DNA from: Tubiluchus corallicola
Taxonomy: Eukaryota > Animalia > Priapulida
Reading direction: 5' to 3'
Assembly (NCBI GenBank): GCA_030141605.1
Contig: JAQGDQ010000367.1
Span: 124,001-188,000 of the forward strand
DNA: 64,000 bases
Shown piece after piece: positions 63,257 through 64,000 of this stretch. The position numbers and the translations under genes are program-made. Every line of letters starts with the position of its first letter. The first letter of the stretch is position 1. The notes beneath the pieces were generated by a model, which was not told the DNA's origin, did no database searches, and was given only the letters and a program-made list of their open reading frames with translations.

Positions 63257-64000
63257 AATTTTATTGTCATTAAAGCCAACAAGATTACATTTACCACAAC
63301 AAAATTATACGTGCAGCACTGAACATTCCAAACGATACAAAATTAAATTAGAAATTTTACATAGCACAACACAAAAACACACAATAATGACAGTAAAATT
63401 CAAATTTAATAATACTGAATTGGTGTTATTAATTAATTAATTAATAATTATTAATAACTGATAATAGTTAATACCAGAATCTTTGGTAACCTAATTGACA
63501 ATTACACAAATAGACTCGAATGTTGCTTTGGAATTTTACCCAGGCGTAAAGGTCAATATCTCGTAACTCGAGAAGATTACTTAAATTTAGGCTGTTTTCC
63601 TCTCTCTTCGAGTATTATTAATTCATAAATAGTAACTATATGAATCAGTGAAAAAACTACATCACTTTTTTATTAACATTTTTATTATGTGAGTAGGATT
63701 TGCGAGTAAGCATATTTTGGGAGTAAAATTACTCGATAAGATAGTAGTTTAAAGCGAATAAGTGAATAAAAATTTTATTTTCTGTTGGAAAATTTGTAAT
63801 TTCTTTTTTATGAGTACCTCAACCCCATACTTTCCATTTTCCTTCTTTTTGCTGACTTCTTCATATCCCGACTTTGTACTTTTTTCCTTCTTTCCGCCAA
63901 CGTATTCAGTCTCTTGCTTTCCATTTTTCTTTGTTCCTACTGACTTCCTCTTTCTCTCGCTTCCTAAACTTTATTTCTTTCTTCTGAGCTTCCTAGTCTC

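Overview
AT-rich animal (invertebrate-type) genomic DNA, not prokaryotic. It has GT-AG introns, microsatellites, LINE/SINE/MITE remnants and no CRISPR. In order along the window: (1) the last exon of a papain-family (C1A) cysteine protease; (2) three paralogous intronless, divergent rhodopsin-class GPCRs (2200 +, 18099 -, 23734 -); (3) between GPCR copies 1 and 2, a spliced minus-strand gene, absent as a unit from the ORF track, encoding a secreted stand-alone ZP-N domain protein, followed by phase-1 exons encoding EB-like 6-Cys modules; (4) a head-to-head pair of a divergent purine nucleoside phosphorylase and a SOSS-B/SSB1 (NABP) gene; (5) the first coding exon of an iGluR/NMDA-type receptor, after which ~25 kb looks like repeat-rich intron. 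That intron holds a 7x80-bp tandem array with an invariant cUUCGg hairpin and an inverted pair of splice-site-like microsatellites. All calls come from manual reading and translation; no database searches were run.
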